Assembly (NCBI GenBank): GCA_017618175.1
Contig: JAFZUT010000020.1
Location: 5,728 to 69,727, forward strand
Length of the DNA stretch: 64,000 bases
Direction of reading: 5' to 3'
DNA from: Alphaproteobacteria bacterium
GTDB lineage: Bacteria > Pseudomonadota > Alphaproteobacteria > Rs-D84
The position numbers were made by a program, and so were the translations under genes. Of the stretch, positions 51,527-61,087 are shown one piece after another (the stretch's first letter is position 1; each line of letters starts with the position of its first letter). Below the pieces are notes generated by a model. It saw nothing but the letters and a program-made list of their open reading frames with translations. It did no database searches and was not told the DNA's origin.

Positions 51527-52897
51527 ATGTCCAATGTTATAAAAGTAGAACAAATTGCAGAAACAAACCTTGAACCAACTTTATTGGCATCACATGCGGC
51601 ACGTATGTGCTATACGGCGGAATCCCCAAAGATTGGCGAGAAAATAGATGTAGAAAATCGGTTGTTTAAAACCGGTCATCACACAACATTGGAACATAAT
51701 TATTTTACATTCAAAATAGAAGATATTCCGGTGTCCAGCGTGGTGTTTGGATTACACCTGACTGCACCGTTTTATAACACAGACCAACGTTCTGGGCGCT
51801 TTTCAAAAATGTACGAGAACCCAAATATGGCCGATATAAGAAACACATTGGAAACATATTATCCAGGTGTGTCCCCAAGAAATATAGGGTGCGCATGCGA
51901 TTTTATTTATATGGGTTTGAATACATACGCCGAAAATAAAAATCATATCACAGAACTTGCGCGTGACGCGATTCATCGTGAACGCCCAAAGGCAAGTGAT
52001 AAATACATTGAACAAAATGCGCCAAAATTTGCCCAGGAACAATTGCGTATGTTTGTGTCTATGATTGCGCCAACGGCATTGGATTACACAATCGATTTGC
52101 CGACATTGGCGGCATTTTATCGTACTGCGTGGACACCGTTTATGCGTGATGCGGTCGGTAAAATGGTGCATACGGTTGTTTCAAATCACCCAGATATTGC
52201 ATATATGTTTGATAGTTTTGCACGTGAACACAAAGACTGGTCGCCCAAGATGCGGGAATATTATCGTGGTATTCGTACAAAACCAGATTTTACATTACTG
52301 GATTACAAATATGACAAAGATACTTTCGCCCAGGACAAATCGCACGATATGGTGGATACTTTGCAATTTCATCCAGATTATATGGGTAATTCACTTGGAT
52401 ATGTGCATACGAAAATTCATATCGATGCCGGTGCAACAATGGGTCAAGACCAACGCCACCGCAGTATTAAACGTTCTGCACCGGTCTTTACGGGATACTT
52501 TTATTTGCCACCTTTGTTGGGCGATTTAAAAACCAACGCAGACAAATTTATGAAAGAATATTATAGTTTGGTACGCGATAAAAACATTCCGCGCAGTATG
52601 ATAACCGCGATTGCGCCATATGGTGCGATGGTTCAATATGAAAAACGTGCAGATTTAAATGCACTGATTCACGAACAAGGCAAACGCACATGTTGGTGTG
52701 CACAAGAGGCGATATATCATATCTCTTGTGATTTGCGGCGTGATTTGGCGCAATATATCGGTGAAAATGCGAAATTGATGAAATATTTAACACCACCGTG
52801 CCTTGCACATGGCAAATGTCCCGAAGGTTCGCGTTATTGCGGGCGCGATATTATTGCCGACAAAATAAATGGGTATTTCAAACAAAGGCAAATATAA
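51527..52897 (+). CDS. thyX: Flavin-dependent thymidylate synthase ThyX, long (~456 aa) pseudo-duplicated form
   Basis: N-terminal half GHHTTLEHNYFTF...QRSGRFS matches ThyX GHE..EH..FTF...SGRYS but lacks the RHR motif. The C-terminal half carries QDQRHRSIKRS. The ATG at 51527 has an AAAGGG RBS. Confidence 0.6.
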   Translation: MSNVIKVEQIAETNLEPTLLASHAARMCYTAESPKIGEKIDVENRLFKTGHHTTLEHNYFTFKIEDIPVSSVVFGLHLTAPFYNTDQRSGRFSKMYENPNMADIRNTLETYYPGVSPRNIGCACDFIYMGLNTYAENKNHITELARDAIHRERPKASDKYIEQNAPKFAQEQLRMFVSMIAPTALDYTIDLPTLAAFYRTAWTPFMRDAVGKMVHTVVSNHPDIAYMFDSFAREHKDWSPKMREYYRGIRTKPDFTLLDYKYDKDTFAQDKSHDMVDTLQFHPDYMGNSLGYVHTKIHIDAGATMGQDQRHRSIKRSAPVFTGYFYLPPLLGDLKTNADKFMKEYYSLVRDKNIPRSMITAIAPYGAMVQYEKRADLNALIHEQGKRTCWCAQEAIYHISCDLRRDLAQYIGENAKLMKYLTPPCLAHGKCPEGSRYCGRDIIADKINGYFKQRQI

Positions 52898-52899
52898 AG

Positions 52900-53313
52900 A
52901 TGAATGCCGGGGAAAAGAATTTTCATGCCGACCGTCGTGCATTTATAATAATGCCGGATACAGGCCTTACCGTCGCACCCGTAGGGTTTTCTGGTGGACA
53001 TACAGAATTGCTTGTAAAATTGCACTATCCACGGTTGCGGTATGCTATGGATAACTTTCCACGTGGTTATTTTATGAACGATGAATTATGTATCTATACC
53101 GGACATGATATGACGCCGGGCGCGGTATGGGAAATCAAAGAAAAAGACATGGATGTTGTAAAAAAAGCCATCCCCGATTTTCGCCGTGTCTTTTCTGTAA
53201 ACGATGCAACGCCGGTATATCTGGGGGTGCGTGTTGGTGAAATCGGCCAGATTTGGGAAAAAATTCGCCGCACAACAATCAAAATGCTTGAAAAAGGGAA
53301 TATTGTTATGTAA
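52900..53313 (+). CDS. hypothetical protein
   Basis: 137 aa starting at the ATG 3 nt after the thyX stop; the ORF-track GTG start at 52798 overlaps thyX. No motifs were recognised. Confidence 0.3.
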   Translation: MNAGEKNFHADRRAFIIMPDTGLTVAPVGFSGGHTELLVKLHYPRLRYAMDNFPRGYFMNDELCIYTGHDMTPGAVWEIKEKDMDVVKKAIPDFRRVFSVNDATPVYLGVRVGEIGQIWEKIRRTTIKMLEKGNIVM

Positions 53314-53328
53314 AGTGTGTCGCGATAT

Positions 53329-53404
53329 GCCGGTGTAGCTCAGTTGGTAGAGCATCTCATTCGTAATGAGGGGGTCGTAGGTTCAAGTCCTATCACCGGC
53401 ACCA
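53329..53404 (+). tRNA. tRNA-Thr (anticodon CGU)
   Basis: GCCGGTGTAGCTCAGTTGGTAGAGCATCTCATTCGTAATGAGGGGGTCGTAGGTTCAAGTCCTATCACCGGCACCA forms a canonical cloverleaf with anticodon loop TTCGTAA. Confidence 0.8.
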
Positions 53405-53410
53405 CGAAAA

Positions 53411-53651
53411 ATTGTTATCGCGCACAATAAAGTGCGCGATTAAAATTTTTCAGTGCCGCGCCGTAGCATTGTACAGAATGCAAACGTAAATTTTCGTATG
53501 TATTGGCGAAGGCGGGCCAAGCATATAATTGTTAATGCGCACAGTAAAGTGCGCATTTAAAATTTTTCAGTGTCGCGCCGTAGCATAGTTCGTAGTTGTA
53601 ACGATTACTTCACATTTATCGGCGTAGGCGGACAGTGCCGCGCCGTTCCGC
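53411..53651 (+). repeat. Tandem ~117-bp repeat: two full units and a partial third, each with a terminator-like hairpin (GCGCAC-ANTAAA-GTGCGC + TTAAAATTTTT) followed by CAGTG(C/T)CGCGCCGTAGCAT
   Basis: Core 53411-53469 versus 53527-53586 is about 90% identical. The third partial copy, CAGTGCCGCGCCGTTCCGC, is at 53633-53651. The array lies directly 3' of tRNA-Thr. Confidence 0.6.
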
Positions 53652-53704
53652 TTTCACTTCGTTACAGTGAGATTTAGCGCAGGCGGACAGAATTCCATAT
53701 AATT

Positions 53705-54262
53705 TTACTTTCTTTTTTGCATCACTATTTTGGCCAAATAATCGGACAGTTCCGGTGAAATCGCGGCAATATGTCTGTTTTTGCCGTGTACATCGGTTTT
53801 GTTGATATACCCATTTCCACGTATGCCACCGCACCATTTTGTCCCATCGGATGCAAAGTTTATTGTATAATCATCAATATGGCAAAATTGTGGCGTGTGG
53901 CGTTGATGTTCTGTTTCTTCAAAAAACACCACAGATATCCAATCGGCCGTTTTTATTTTTTCAACAACATCGCCAAGTTTTTTTCTTTCAATTTCTGAAG
54001 TGGGATAAACATTTCTTCTTGTGACATATCGTACAAATACCCGGCCAGACAGTCGGTCATTGTTATGTTTTTTGACATGTTCAACAAAATGTTTTTTATA
54101 TGTTTTGAACACGGGAACCCATTTAGTGATATTTTCTATGGCCATCATATCTTCACGAACTTTTTTACCCGCAACAAAAACACCTGTTGTGGCGGCAATG
54201 ACATAATCACCAAACCACGCGACATAACCAAGTCCTGTGTCTAATTTTTTAGTATTTTTCAT
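53705..54262 (-). CDS. hypothetical protein
   Basis: 185-aa ORF (MKNTKKLDTGLGYVAWFGDYVIAATTG...HIDDYTINFASDGTKWCGGIRGNGY). No family was recognised. Confidence 0.35.
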   Translation of the reverse strand: MKNTKKLDTGLGYVAWFGDYVIAATTGVFVAGKKVREDMMAIENITKWVPVFKTYKKHFVEHVKKHNNDRLSGRVFVRYVTRRNVYPTSEIERKKLGDVVEKIKTADWISVVFFEETEHQRHTPQFCHIDDYTINFASDGTKWCGGIRGNGYINKTDVHGKNRHIAAISPELSDYLAKIVMQKRK

Positions 54263-54369
54263 TTGTTATATTCCTTTACTCTTTTTTACTATTCCATAAA
54301 AATCGCATCAGTCAATAATTTTGTAAAAAAACTGGACATTTGAAAAACAATATACTAAAATCATCGGCG

Positions 54370-54456
54370 ATGAAAACAAAAATAATAATTATCATTAGAT
54401 AACTGGCGTGGCGCTTTGGCGTTGGCTGGGGCGCGTATGGCGCCCGTTTTTTTATG
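54370..54456 (+). promoter_or_regulatory. Candidate ileS attenuator: an 11-codon leader ORF MKTKIIIIIR (54370-54402) followed by a GC hairpin GGGGCGCG-TAT-GGCGCCC + T7 (54431-54456)
   Basis: Five consecutive Ile codons (ATA ATA ATT ATC ATT) sit immediately upstream of an intrinsic-terminator-like structure. The ileS RBS (GGAG) and ATG at 54480 follow. A possible TGGACA-N17-TAAAAT promoter lies at 54333-54361. Confidence 0.5.
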
Positions 54457-54479
54457 ATAAGAAACACGGAGTACAAAAG

Positions 54480-57400
54480 ATGGCATATCCAAAAACAGAA
54501 CCCAAAGCCAATTTTACAGAATTGGAACACAATATAATGGAATTCTGGCGCAGCGATGATACTTTTCACAAAAGTTTGAATAAAACCAAACTTGGGCATC
54601 CTTTTACGTTCTATGACGGGCCACCCTTTGCCAATGGTTTGCCACACTGGGGGCATTTGGGTGTTTCTGCGGTCAAAGATATGGTTTCGCGTTATCAAAC
54701 GATGAAGGGACGCTATGTTGAACGCGCATTGGGGTGGGATTGTCACGGTCTGCCGGCCGAGGCATCGGTTGAGAAAAAGCAAGGTCGCACCGCGAAAACA
54801 ATCGTGGCGGATGACGGTATTGCGGCATTCTGTGATATGTGTCGGCGTGATGTTATGACATATTCTAATGAATGGCTGAAATTTATAGAACGCGTTGGCC
54901 GGTGGGTTGATGGTGGTGATAATTATGGATATCGCACAATGGATAAAAATTTTATGGAATCCGTGATTTGGGCGATAAAAGAACTTTATAAAAAAGGTTT
55001 ACTGTACAAAGATTTCAAAGTTAATCCGTATGATTGGAAACTGGGTACGGTTTTGTCTAATAGTGAGGCATCCAGTGAATATCAAGATGTTGTTGATGAC
55101 ACGGTTACGGTTTGGTTTGAGTTAGAAAATGGCGACCGGATGGTCGCATGGACAACAACCCCGTGGACATTGCCGGCAAATTCTGCGTTGGCGGTGAACA
55201 AGAATATGAAATATGTTCGTATGCGTCACGATGATGGTCATATTTATGTTTTGGCGGAATCACGGGTTTCTGCGTATGAAAAAATCTTTGCCAATTCTAC
55301 CAAGGTTGGTGAATATGTGGGTGCAGAATTGGTTGGATTGCGCTATACGCCGATTTTCCCATATTACCCGGATTTGGCCGCGGCGGGTCACGGACTGTAT
55401 ACGGTGATTTCTGGGGACTATGTGTCTGACAGTGATGGTACCGGCATCGTTCATATTGCGCCCGCATATGGTGAAGATGACTATTTTGTTGCAAAAGCCA
55501 TTGACCCGATGTTCCCGGTTATATTAAATGTTGATGATTATGGCAACTTTGATTCAACGGTTAAAGATTGGGCGGGTGAAAATATCTTTGTCGCAAATCC
55601 AAAGATAATCGATTGGTTGCGCGCCAATGGCCGCCTGGTTAAAAAAGACCAGCATAAGCATAGTTATCCATTTGGACCGCGCAGTAAAGAAAAACTTATC
55701 TATCGTGCGACGGACGCATGGTATGTCGATGTACCGAAAATTCGCGATCGCCTTGTTGAAATAACCAAGAACGATACAACGTGGACATCTGCGGGAAATC
55801 GCTTTTTGTCTTGGATAGAAGGTGCGCGTCCGTGGGGACTTTCGCGGAATCGTTTTTGGGGTGTGCCATTACCAATTTGGGAACGTGACGGGGAATATAA
55901 AATCTTTGGTTCAATTGCAGAAATGGAAGAATTCTTTGGTGTAAAAATAGATGACCTGCATCGTCCTACATTGGATTCTTTGGAACGGGATGGTTGGAAA
56001 CGCATTCCTGATGTTTTGGATTGTTGGTTTGAATCGGGTTCTATGCCGTTTGCATCTCTGCATTATCCGTTTGAAAACAAAGATTTGTTCGAAAAAACAT
56101 TCCCGGCGGATTATATTATCGAAGGTCAAGACCAAACACGTGGTTGGTTTTACACTTTGATGATAATGGCGGTTGCTTTATTTGATCGGCCGGCATTTCG
56201 TGTTGTGTCCGCAAACGGCATGATTGTTGATGAAAACAAACGCAAGTTTTCAAAATCTTTGCATAACTATGTTGAACCAACTGAACAATTGGAAACATAT
56301 GGCGCAGATGCAATTCGACTGTTTATATTGGGCAGTAATTTCTTAAAGGCCGAACCGGTGCCTGTTGACAAAGATGGCAAGGTTTTTGCGGAATCAATTA
56401 AAACAATTTTAACACCGTTGTGGAATGCATATCATTTCTTTACATTGTATGCAAATGCCGGAAATATTACGGCACACGATGTGTGGGGCGCCCCGACACA
56501 CAATGTGTTGGATGAATATATCTTGGCAGAAACAAATGTGTTGATAAAAATTGTTGATAACGCATTGGCGGAATATAAACCAGACACGGCCGTCAAAGAA
56601 TTTGTTCGATTCTTGGACGTATTGAACAATTGGTACATACGTCGTTCGCGTGCGCGTTTCTGGGATGAAGACACGGATGCGTTTAACACGTTGTACACGG
56701 TACTGGTTATGGTGTGCCGCGTACTGGCGCCATTTGCACCGTTTATCGCGGAATATATCTATAAAAATTTAACTGGCGCAGAATCTGTGCATTTGACGGA
56801 TTGGCCGACCTCGATAGAAATGAACGAAAAAATTGTTTCCGATATGCGCCGTGTGCAAGAAATTGTGTCGGTTGGAAAACAATTGCGCGAACAATACAAA
56901 TTGCGTAATCGGTTGCCATTGGCAAAATTGACTGTTGCGGGCGGTGCGCCGATGACGGAATATACCAATATTATACGCGATGAATTAAATGTAAAATCTG
57001 TTGAATGGTTGAATACTGCATCCAAGGTTGCGGACAGTTTTGTATATTTAATCACACCAAAGATTGGCGCGCGTTTGGGTGGTGCATTGCGTGAGATAAT
57101 CCCGGCGGTAAAGCGTGGTGATTACGAATTGAATGGTGACAAATTGATTGTTGGCGAATATACATTGACGCGGGAAGAATTTGAAAACCGTATGAACATT
57201 CGTGAAGGTGTGACGGGCGCACCATTACCGGACAATACCGCGGTTATAATCTTGGATACAGAATTAAACGCGGAATTGATTGCCGAAGGTTTGGCAAACG
57301 ATGCATTGCGGTTCATCCAAGATACCCGTAAAGAAATAGGTTTGGATGTATCCGACCGCGTAAAATTGACCTATACGGCGGATTTGGCACTGGCCGGGGC

Positions 57401-57524
57401 AATTGAACAGCATAAAAAGCGCATTATGGCGGACGCCCTTGTCCGTGAAATGTCACCGGGTGCGGCGGAATATTTCAAAGATATCGAAGGGTATCGGTTT
57501 GGTATTTCCATAAAAAAGGCCTAA
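54480..57524 (+). CDS. ileS: Isoleucyl-tRNA synthetase (eukaryote/archaeal-like type 2 form, C-terminal extension without the bacterial zinc-finger tail)
   Basis: HLGH-type motif PHWGHLGVSAV, the KMSKS region (KFSKSLHNY), and a CP1 editing domain, 1014 aa. The ORF-track GTG at 54408 is inside the leader hairpin region. Confidence 0.93.
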   Translation: MAYPKTEPKANFTELEHNIMEFWRSDDTFHKSLNKTKLGHPFTFYDGPPFANGLPHWGHLGVSAVKDMVSRYQTMKGRYVERALGWDCHGLPAEASVEKKQGRTAKTIVADDGIAAFCDMCRRDVMTYSNEWLKFIERVGRWVDGGDNYGYRTMDKNFMESVIWAIKELYKKGLLYKDFKVNPYDWKLGTVLSNSEASSEYQDVVDDTVTVWFELENGDRMVAWTTTPWTLPANSALAVNKNMKYVRMRHDDGHIYVLAESRVSAYEKIFANSTKVGEYVGAELVGLRYTPIFPYYPDLAAAGHGLYTVISGDYVSDSDGTGIVHIAPAYGEDDYFVAKAIDPMFPVILNVDDYGNFDSTVKDWAGENIFVANPKIIDWLRANGRLVKKDQHKHSYPFGPRSKEKLIYRATDAWYVDVPKIRDRLVEITKNDTTWTSAGNRFLSWIEGARPWGLSRNRFWGVPLPIWERDGEYKIFGSIAEMEEFFGVKIDDLHRPTLDSLERDGWKRIPDVLDCWFESGSMPFASLHYPFENKDLFEKTFPADYIIEGQDQTRGWFYTLMIMAVALFDRPAFRVVSANGMIVDENKRKFSKSLHNYVEPTEQLETYGADAIRLFILGSNFLKAEPVPVDKDGKVFAESIKTILTPLWNAYHFFTLYANAGNITAHDVWGAPTHNVLDEYILAETNVLIKIVDNALAEYKPDTAVKEFVRFLDVLNNWYIRRSRARFWDEDTDAFNTLYTVLVMVCRVLAPFAPFIAEYIYKNLTGAESVHLTDWPTSIEMNEKIVSDMRRVQEIVSVGKQLREQYKLRNRLPLAKLTVAGGAPMTEYTNIIRDELNVKSVEWLNTASKVADSFVYLITPKIGARLGGALREIIPAVKRGDYELNGDKLIVGEYTLTREEFENRMNIREGVTGAPLPDNTAVIILDTELNAELIAEGLANDALRFIQDTRKEIGLDVSDRVKLTYTADLALAGAIEQHKKRIMADALVREMSPGAAEYFKDIEGYRFGISIKKA

Positions 57525-57526
57525 GT

Positions 57527-58180
57527 ATGATAACGCCACGGCAATTTTTTGAAATTGTACCGAATAATCTAAATATGAATATTCGGTCGGAGCTTTATTA
57601 TACAAACGAATTCACTTTTGCTGTGGCGGTAATTTTGTCGGCCCAAGCCACCGATAAAAAAGTCAATGAAGTCACACCTGCCCTGTTCAGTGTCGCACCA
57701 ACACCACGAAAAATGCTGGAATTGGGAATTGACGGATTAAAGAAGTATATTCGTGTAATTTCGTTCTTTAATAACAAGGCAACAAATATAATCGCTTTGG
57801 CCGAAAAATTGGTAGAATTTGACGATGGTGACGACACCCAATGGGTGTTTCCAAAAAAATATCATAAACGTGAAGAGCTTATGAATTTACCGGGCATCGG
57901 GCAAAAAACCGCAAATGTAATAATGAATGTTTTGTGGGGTGCGCCGAATATCGGGGTGGATACCCACGTTTTCCGCCTTGCCCATAGATATGGTTGGGTT
58001 GCAACTTCGGCAAATACACCGGCCCGGGTTGAAGCGGCGTTGTTGAAAAAAATCCCTAAAAAATATCACGCAATAACAAACCATGTAATGGTTCTGTTCG
58101 GGCGATACACATGCACCGCCCTGCGCCCGAAATGTGAAAATTGCCCAATTTCACAATATTGTAATTGTGTAAAACATTAA
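57527..58180 (+). CDS. nth: Endonuclease III
   Basis: HhH LPGIGQKTANVIM...GVDTHVFRLAHRYG and Fe-S cluster C-x6-C-x2-C-x5-C (CTALRPKCENCPISQYC). Confidence 0.85.
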   Translation: MITPRQFFEIVPNNLNMNIRSELYYTNEFTFAVAVILSAQATDKKVNEVTPALFSVAPTPRKMLELGIDGLKKYIRVISFFNNKATNIIALAEKLVEFDDGDDTQWVFPKKYHKREELMNLPGIGQKTANVIMNVLWGAPNIGVDTHVFRLAHRYGWVATSANTPARVEAALLKKIPKKYHAITNHVMVLFGRYTCTALRPKCENCPISQYCNCVKH

Positions 58181-58214
58181 TTTATTGTTTTACACCAGGT
58201 ATTATGCCATTTTT

Positions 58215-58679
58215 TTATTTTGTATAATGCTTTTTTAATCTTTGTATTAAAACCTTTTTCATTTCGGTAATTGTTCTTAAACGTTCTTGTTTTGACATAT
58301 CATACGGTAAAAAATCATCTGCATTTTCTGATAATTGTTTAAGAAAACACTTTGTTGAATCTTTTATTGCAACATCCGCAGGAATATTTTTATATGGGTC
58401 TATGTATTCTTTACCTTCTGATTTGTTTTTTACAGCGGTATATATTTTATAAATATCATTTTCTTTGGAATCATCCTCGTCCCATATCATATCGTTTACA
58501 TAAACAAAACAGTTAGCAGTTTTATTGAATTTGAGTATAGCTATATAATCACAATTTTGCTCTATACAGTAAGAACCAAATTTATAAAGCAAACGCCAAT
58601 ATGGCCGTTCTTCTTCTGTTGGTATAACTGTTTTTTTACTCAGTTCATAATAAATATTTCTTTTTAAACCTTCTTTCAT
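58215..58679 (-). CDS. hypothetical protein
   Basis: 154-aa ORF with no recognised motifs. Confidence 0.3.
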   Translation of the reverse strand: MKEGLKRNIYYELSKKTVIPTEEERPYWRLLYKFGSYCIEQNCDYIAILKFNKTANCFVYVNDMIWDEDDSKENDIYKIYTAVKNKSEGKEYIDPYKNIPADVAIKDSTKCFLKQLSENADDFLPYDMSKQERLRTITEMKKVLIQRLKKHYTK

Positions 58680-58690
58680 ATTTGCCCCTT

Positions 58691-60343
58691 TTAATTGTTT
58701 CCAATTTTAATCTTTCGCAAAACGACCATTATTCCCGCCGGTGTTATGCCGGGAATTTTTTGCAATTCGGCGATTGTTGCCGGACGCGTCCGTTTCAATT
58801 TTTCGCGCAATTCGTTGGTTAACCCCGACAGCGCATCATAATCAAAATTTGCCGGTATTTTTACCGTTTTATCCCGGCCATAAGATTCAATTTCCCGGTT
58901 GTTTCGCGCAATATAACCGGCATAAAATTTATCATTTTTGGAAATTTCCCCGGCTTTTTTGTTCATTTTGTTCAAAAAAGCCGGCAAATCTATTAAACCC
59001 AAATCTACACCGGTTTGTCCCAAACGCGCAATTGCATTGTCGGCCCTTAGGTTCAATCGGTATTCTGCACGCGATGTGAACATACGATATGGTTCGTCCA
59101 CCCCCAGTGTTGTTATATCGTCTATCATAACCCCAATCATAGAATTTGTGCGGTCCAAATTTAATGTTTGTGTCCCCAAAGCATATGCGGCGGCATTTGC
59201 ACCCGCAACTAATCCTTGGGCGGCGGCTTCTTCGTAACCGGATGTCCCATTTATTTGACCGGCAAAGAACAACCCGGGGCGTTCGTGCGACATCAATGTC
59301 GAATTTAATGCGCGTGCATCAATTGCGTCATATTCAATCGCATATCCATAACGCGCAATACGCACATTTCTAAGGCCCGGTATGGTGCGAATCCATTTAT
59401 CTTGGATATCAATACCAAAACTGGTTGAAATGCCATTTGGATAAATTAAATCACTGTTTAACCCTTCGGGTTCTAAAAACACGTGATGTGAAGTATGTTC
59501 GGGAAACCGCATAACCTTGTCTTCCAGGCTTGGGCAATACCGTGGCCCAATCCCCGTAATTTCGCCGTTATACATTGGTGCGTTTTTTATGTTTTCACGA
59601 ATAATATTGTGCGTTTGTTCAGTTGTATGCGTGATAAAACATACCGCGGTATTATTATCCGTTTCACATCCATTTGAAAACCAATCATGCGGGTTGTCGG
59701 GATATTGTTCTTCACACACCGAAAAATCAATAGAATCACGATATATGCGTGCCGGCGTTCCGGTTTTAAGTCGCATAATATCAAACCCCGCCCCGCGCAA
59801 TACGTTGGAAATAAAGGCGTCTGGCGATTGGTATTCACCATCGTCCATAATTCGTCCAGACGGTGTTTTTTCATTTCCCATTGTGACAAGGCCGCGCAAA
59901 AATGTTCCGGTTGTAAAAACTATTGATTTTCCGGCGTATACACCGTTTATAATTTTTTTATCAATATCTATTGTTTCAACCGTATCAAATTCAATACTCA
60001 GGTTTTTATATTCATTTAATATTTTTACAATCGCGTTGTGATAGAGTGTTCTGTCAATTTGTGCACGCAGTGCCCGGGTCGCCGGGCCATGCGATGCATT
60101 CAGTGTACGAAAATGTATTCCCGCCATATCGGCCGCGACGGGCATCACACCACCCAACGCGTCCATTTCGGCGACCATTTGTGATTTGCCCGGACCGCCG
60201 ATTGACGGATTACAAGACATTGCACCCAAATCAGATTTGCGCATTGTTATCAATAATGTTTGTGCGCCACGTCGCGCAGATGCCGCCGCGGCCTCGACCC
60301 CGGCGTGCCCACCACCGATAACAATAACATCAAATTTTTTCAT
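58691..60343 (-). CDS. mnmG: tRNA uridine 5-carboxymethylaminomethyl modification enzyme MnmG (GidA), shortened C-terminus
   Basis: FDVIVIGGGHAGVEAA...MSCNPSIGG and GPRYCPSLEDKVMRF align with E. coli MnmG throughout. It is 550 aa versus ~629 in E. coli. Confidence 0.85.
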   Translation of the reverse strand: MKKFDVIVIGGGHAGVEAAAASARRGAQTLLITMRKSDLGAMSCNPSIGGPGKSQMVAEMDALGGVMPVAADMAGIHFRTLNASHGPATRALRAQIDRTLYHNAIVKILNEYKNLSIEFDTVETIDIDKKIINGVYAGKSIVFTTGTFLRGLVTMGNEKTPSGRIMDDGEYQSPDAFISNVLRGAGFDIMRLKTGTPARIYRDSIDFSVCEEQYPDNPHDWFSNGCETDNNTAVCFITHTTEQTHNIIRENIKNAPMYNGEITGIGPRYCPSLEDKVMRFPEHTSHHVFLEPEGLNSDLIYPNGISTSFGIDIQDKWIRTIPGLRNVRIARYGYAIEYDAIDARALNSTLMSHERPGLFFAGQINGTSGYEEAAAQGLVAGANAAAYALGTQTLNLDRTNSMIGVMIDDITTLGVDEPYRMFTSRAEYRLNLRADNAIARLGQTGVDLGLIDLPAFLNKMNKKAGEISKNDKFYAGYIARNNREIESYGRDKTVKIPANFDYDALSGLTNELREKLKRTRPATIAELQKIPGITPAGIMVVLRKIKIGNN

Positions 60344-61083
60344 TAAAAACGCCCCAGGCCACCGTTTACATGCAATACCTGGCCGTTGATATATGATGCC
60401 TCGTCACTTGCCAAGAATACACATGCGTTCGCAATGTCTTCGGGTTCGCCAAATCGGCCGGCCGGTATTTGCGACAAATAATTTTTCTTTAATTCATCCG
60501 GCAAAACATCCGTCATCGGTGTTTTAATAAATCCCGGTGCGATTGCGTTTGCGGTAATGCCGCGGGATGCAACCTCGGCCGCGATAGATTTTGTCATCGC
60601 AATCATTCCGCCCTTGCTTGCGGCATAGTTCGCCTGGCCCGGGCCACCGATAACACCGATAATAGACGCCATATTTATAATGCGCCCCGCGCGTTGTTTC
60701 ATCATCGGCATAATCGCCGCACGGCACATTTTGAAACAAGACCGTAAATTTGTGTTGATAACATTATCAAATTGTTCATCGGTCATACGCATTAACAATG
60801 TATCGGCGGTAATTCCGGCATTATTTATCAACACGTCAATGCGACCACATTTTTCGATTGTATCCATAACCAATTCAACCGCTGCGCCTTCGGCCGATAA
60901 ATCACACGGAATTTTAATATAAGAATCATCAAATTCGGCGTTCATTTTTGCCACATTGCGACCAGACACAACAACCTTTGCGCCGGCTTCCTTCATCTTG
61001 TGTGCGATTGCACCACCGATTCCGCCGGTTGCGCCGGTAATTAAAACAACTTTATTTTTCAAATCGAACATTTCTGCCCCCAT
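60343..61083 (-). CDS. fabG: 3-oxoacyl-ACP reductase
   Basis: VVLITGATGGIGGAIA Rossmann motif, the YAASKGG catalytic motif, 246 aa. Confidence 0.85.
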   Translation of the reverse strand: MGAEMFDLKNKVVLITGATGGIGGAIAHKMKEAGAKVVVSGRNVAKMNAEFDDSYIKIPCDLSAEGAAVELVMDTIEKCGRIDVLINNAGITADTLLMRMTDEQFDNVINTNLRSCFKMCRAAIMPMMKQRAGRIINMASIIGVIGGPGQANYAASKGGMIAMTKSIAAEVASRGITANAIAPGFIKTPMTDVLPDELKKNYLSQIPAGRFGEPEDIANACVFLASDEASYINGQVLHVNGGLGRF

Positions 61084-61087
61084 ATTA

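Noticed and set aside
53405-53700. Possible CRISPR array
   Set aside because: There are only about 2.5 copies of a ~117-bp unit, with no short unique spacers between short repeats and no cas genes. The conserved part contains a terminator hairpin. It is a tandem duplication, not a CRISPR array.
54312-54782. 156-aa minus-strand ORF overlapping the ileS start and leader
   Set aside because: It is antisense to the ileS N-terminus and leader and has no RBS or recognisable family. The region is better explained by the ileS leader and attenuator.
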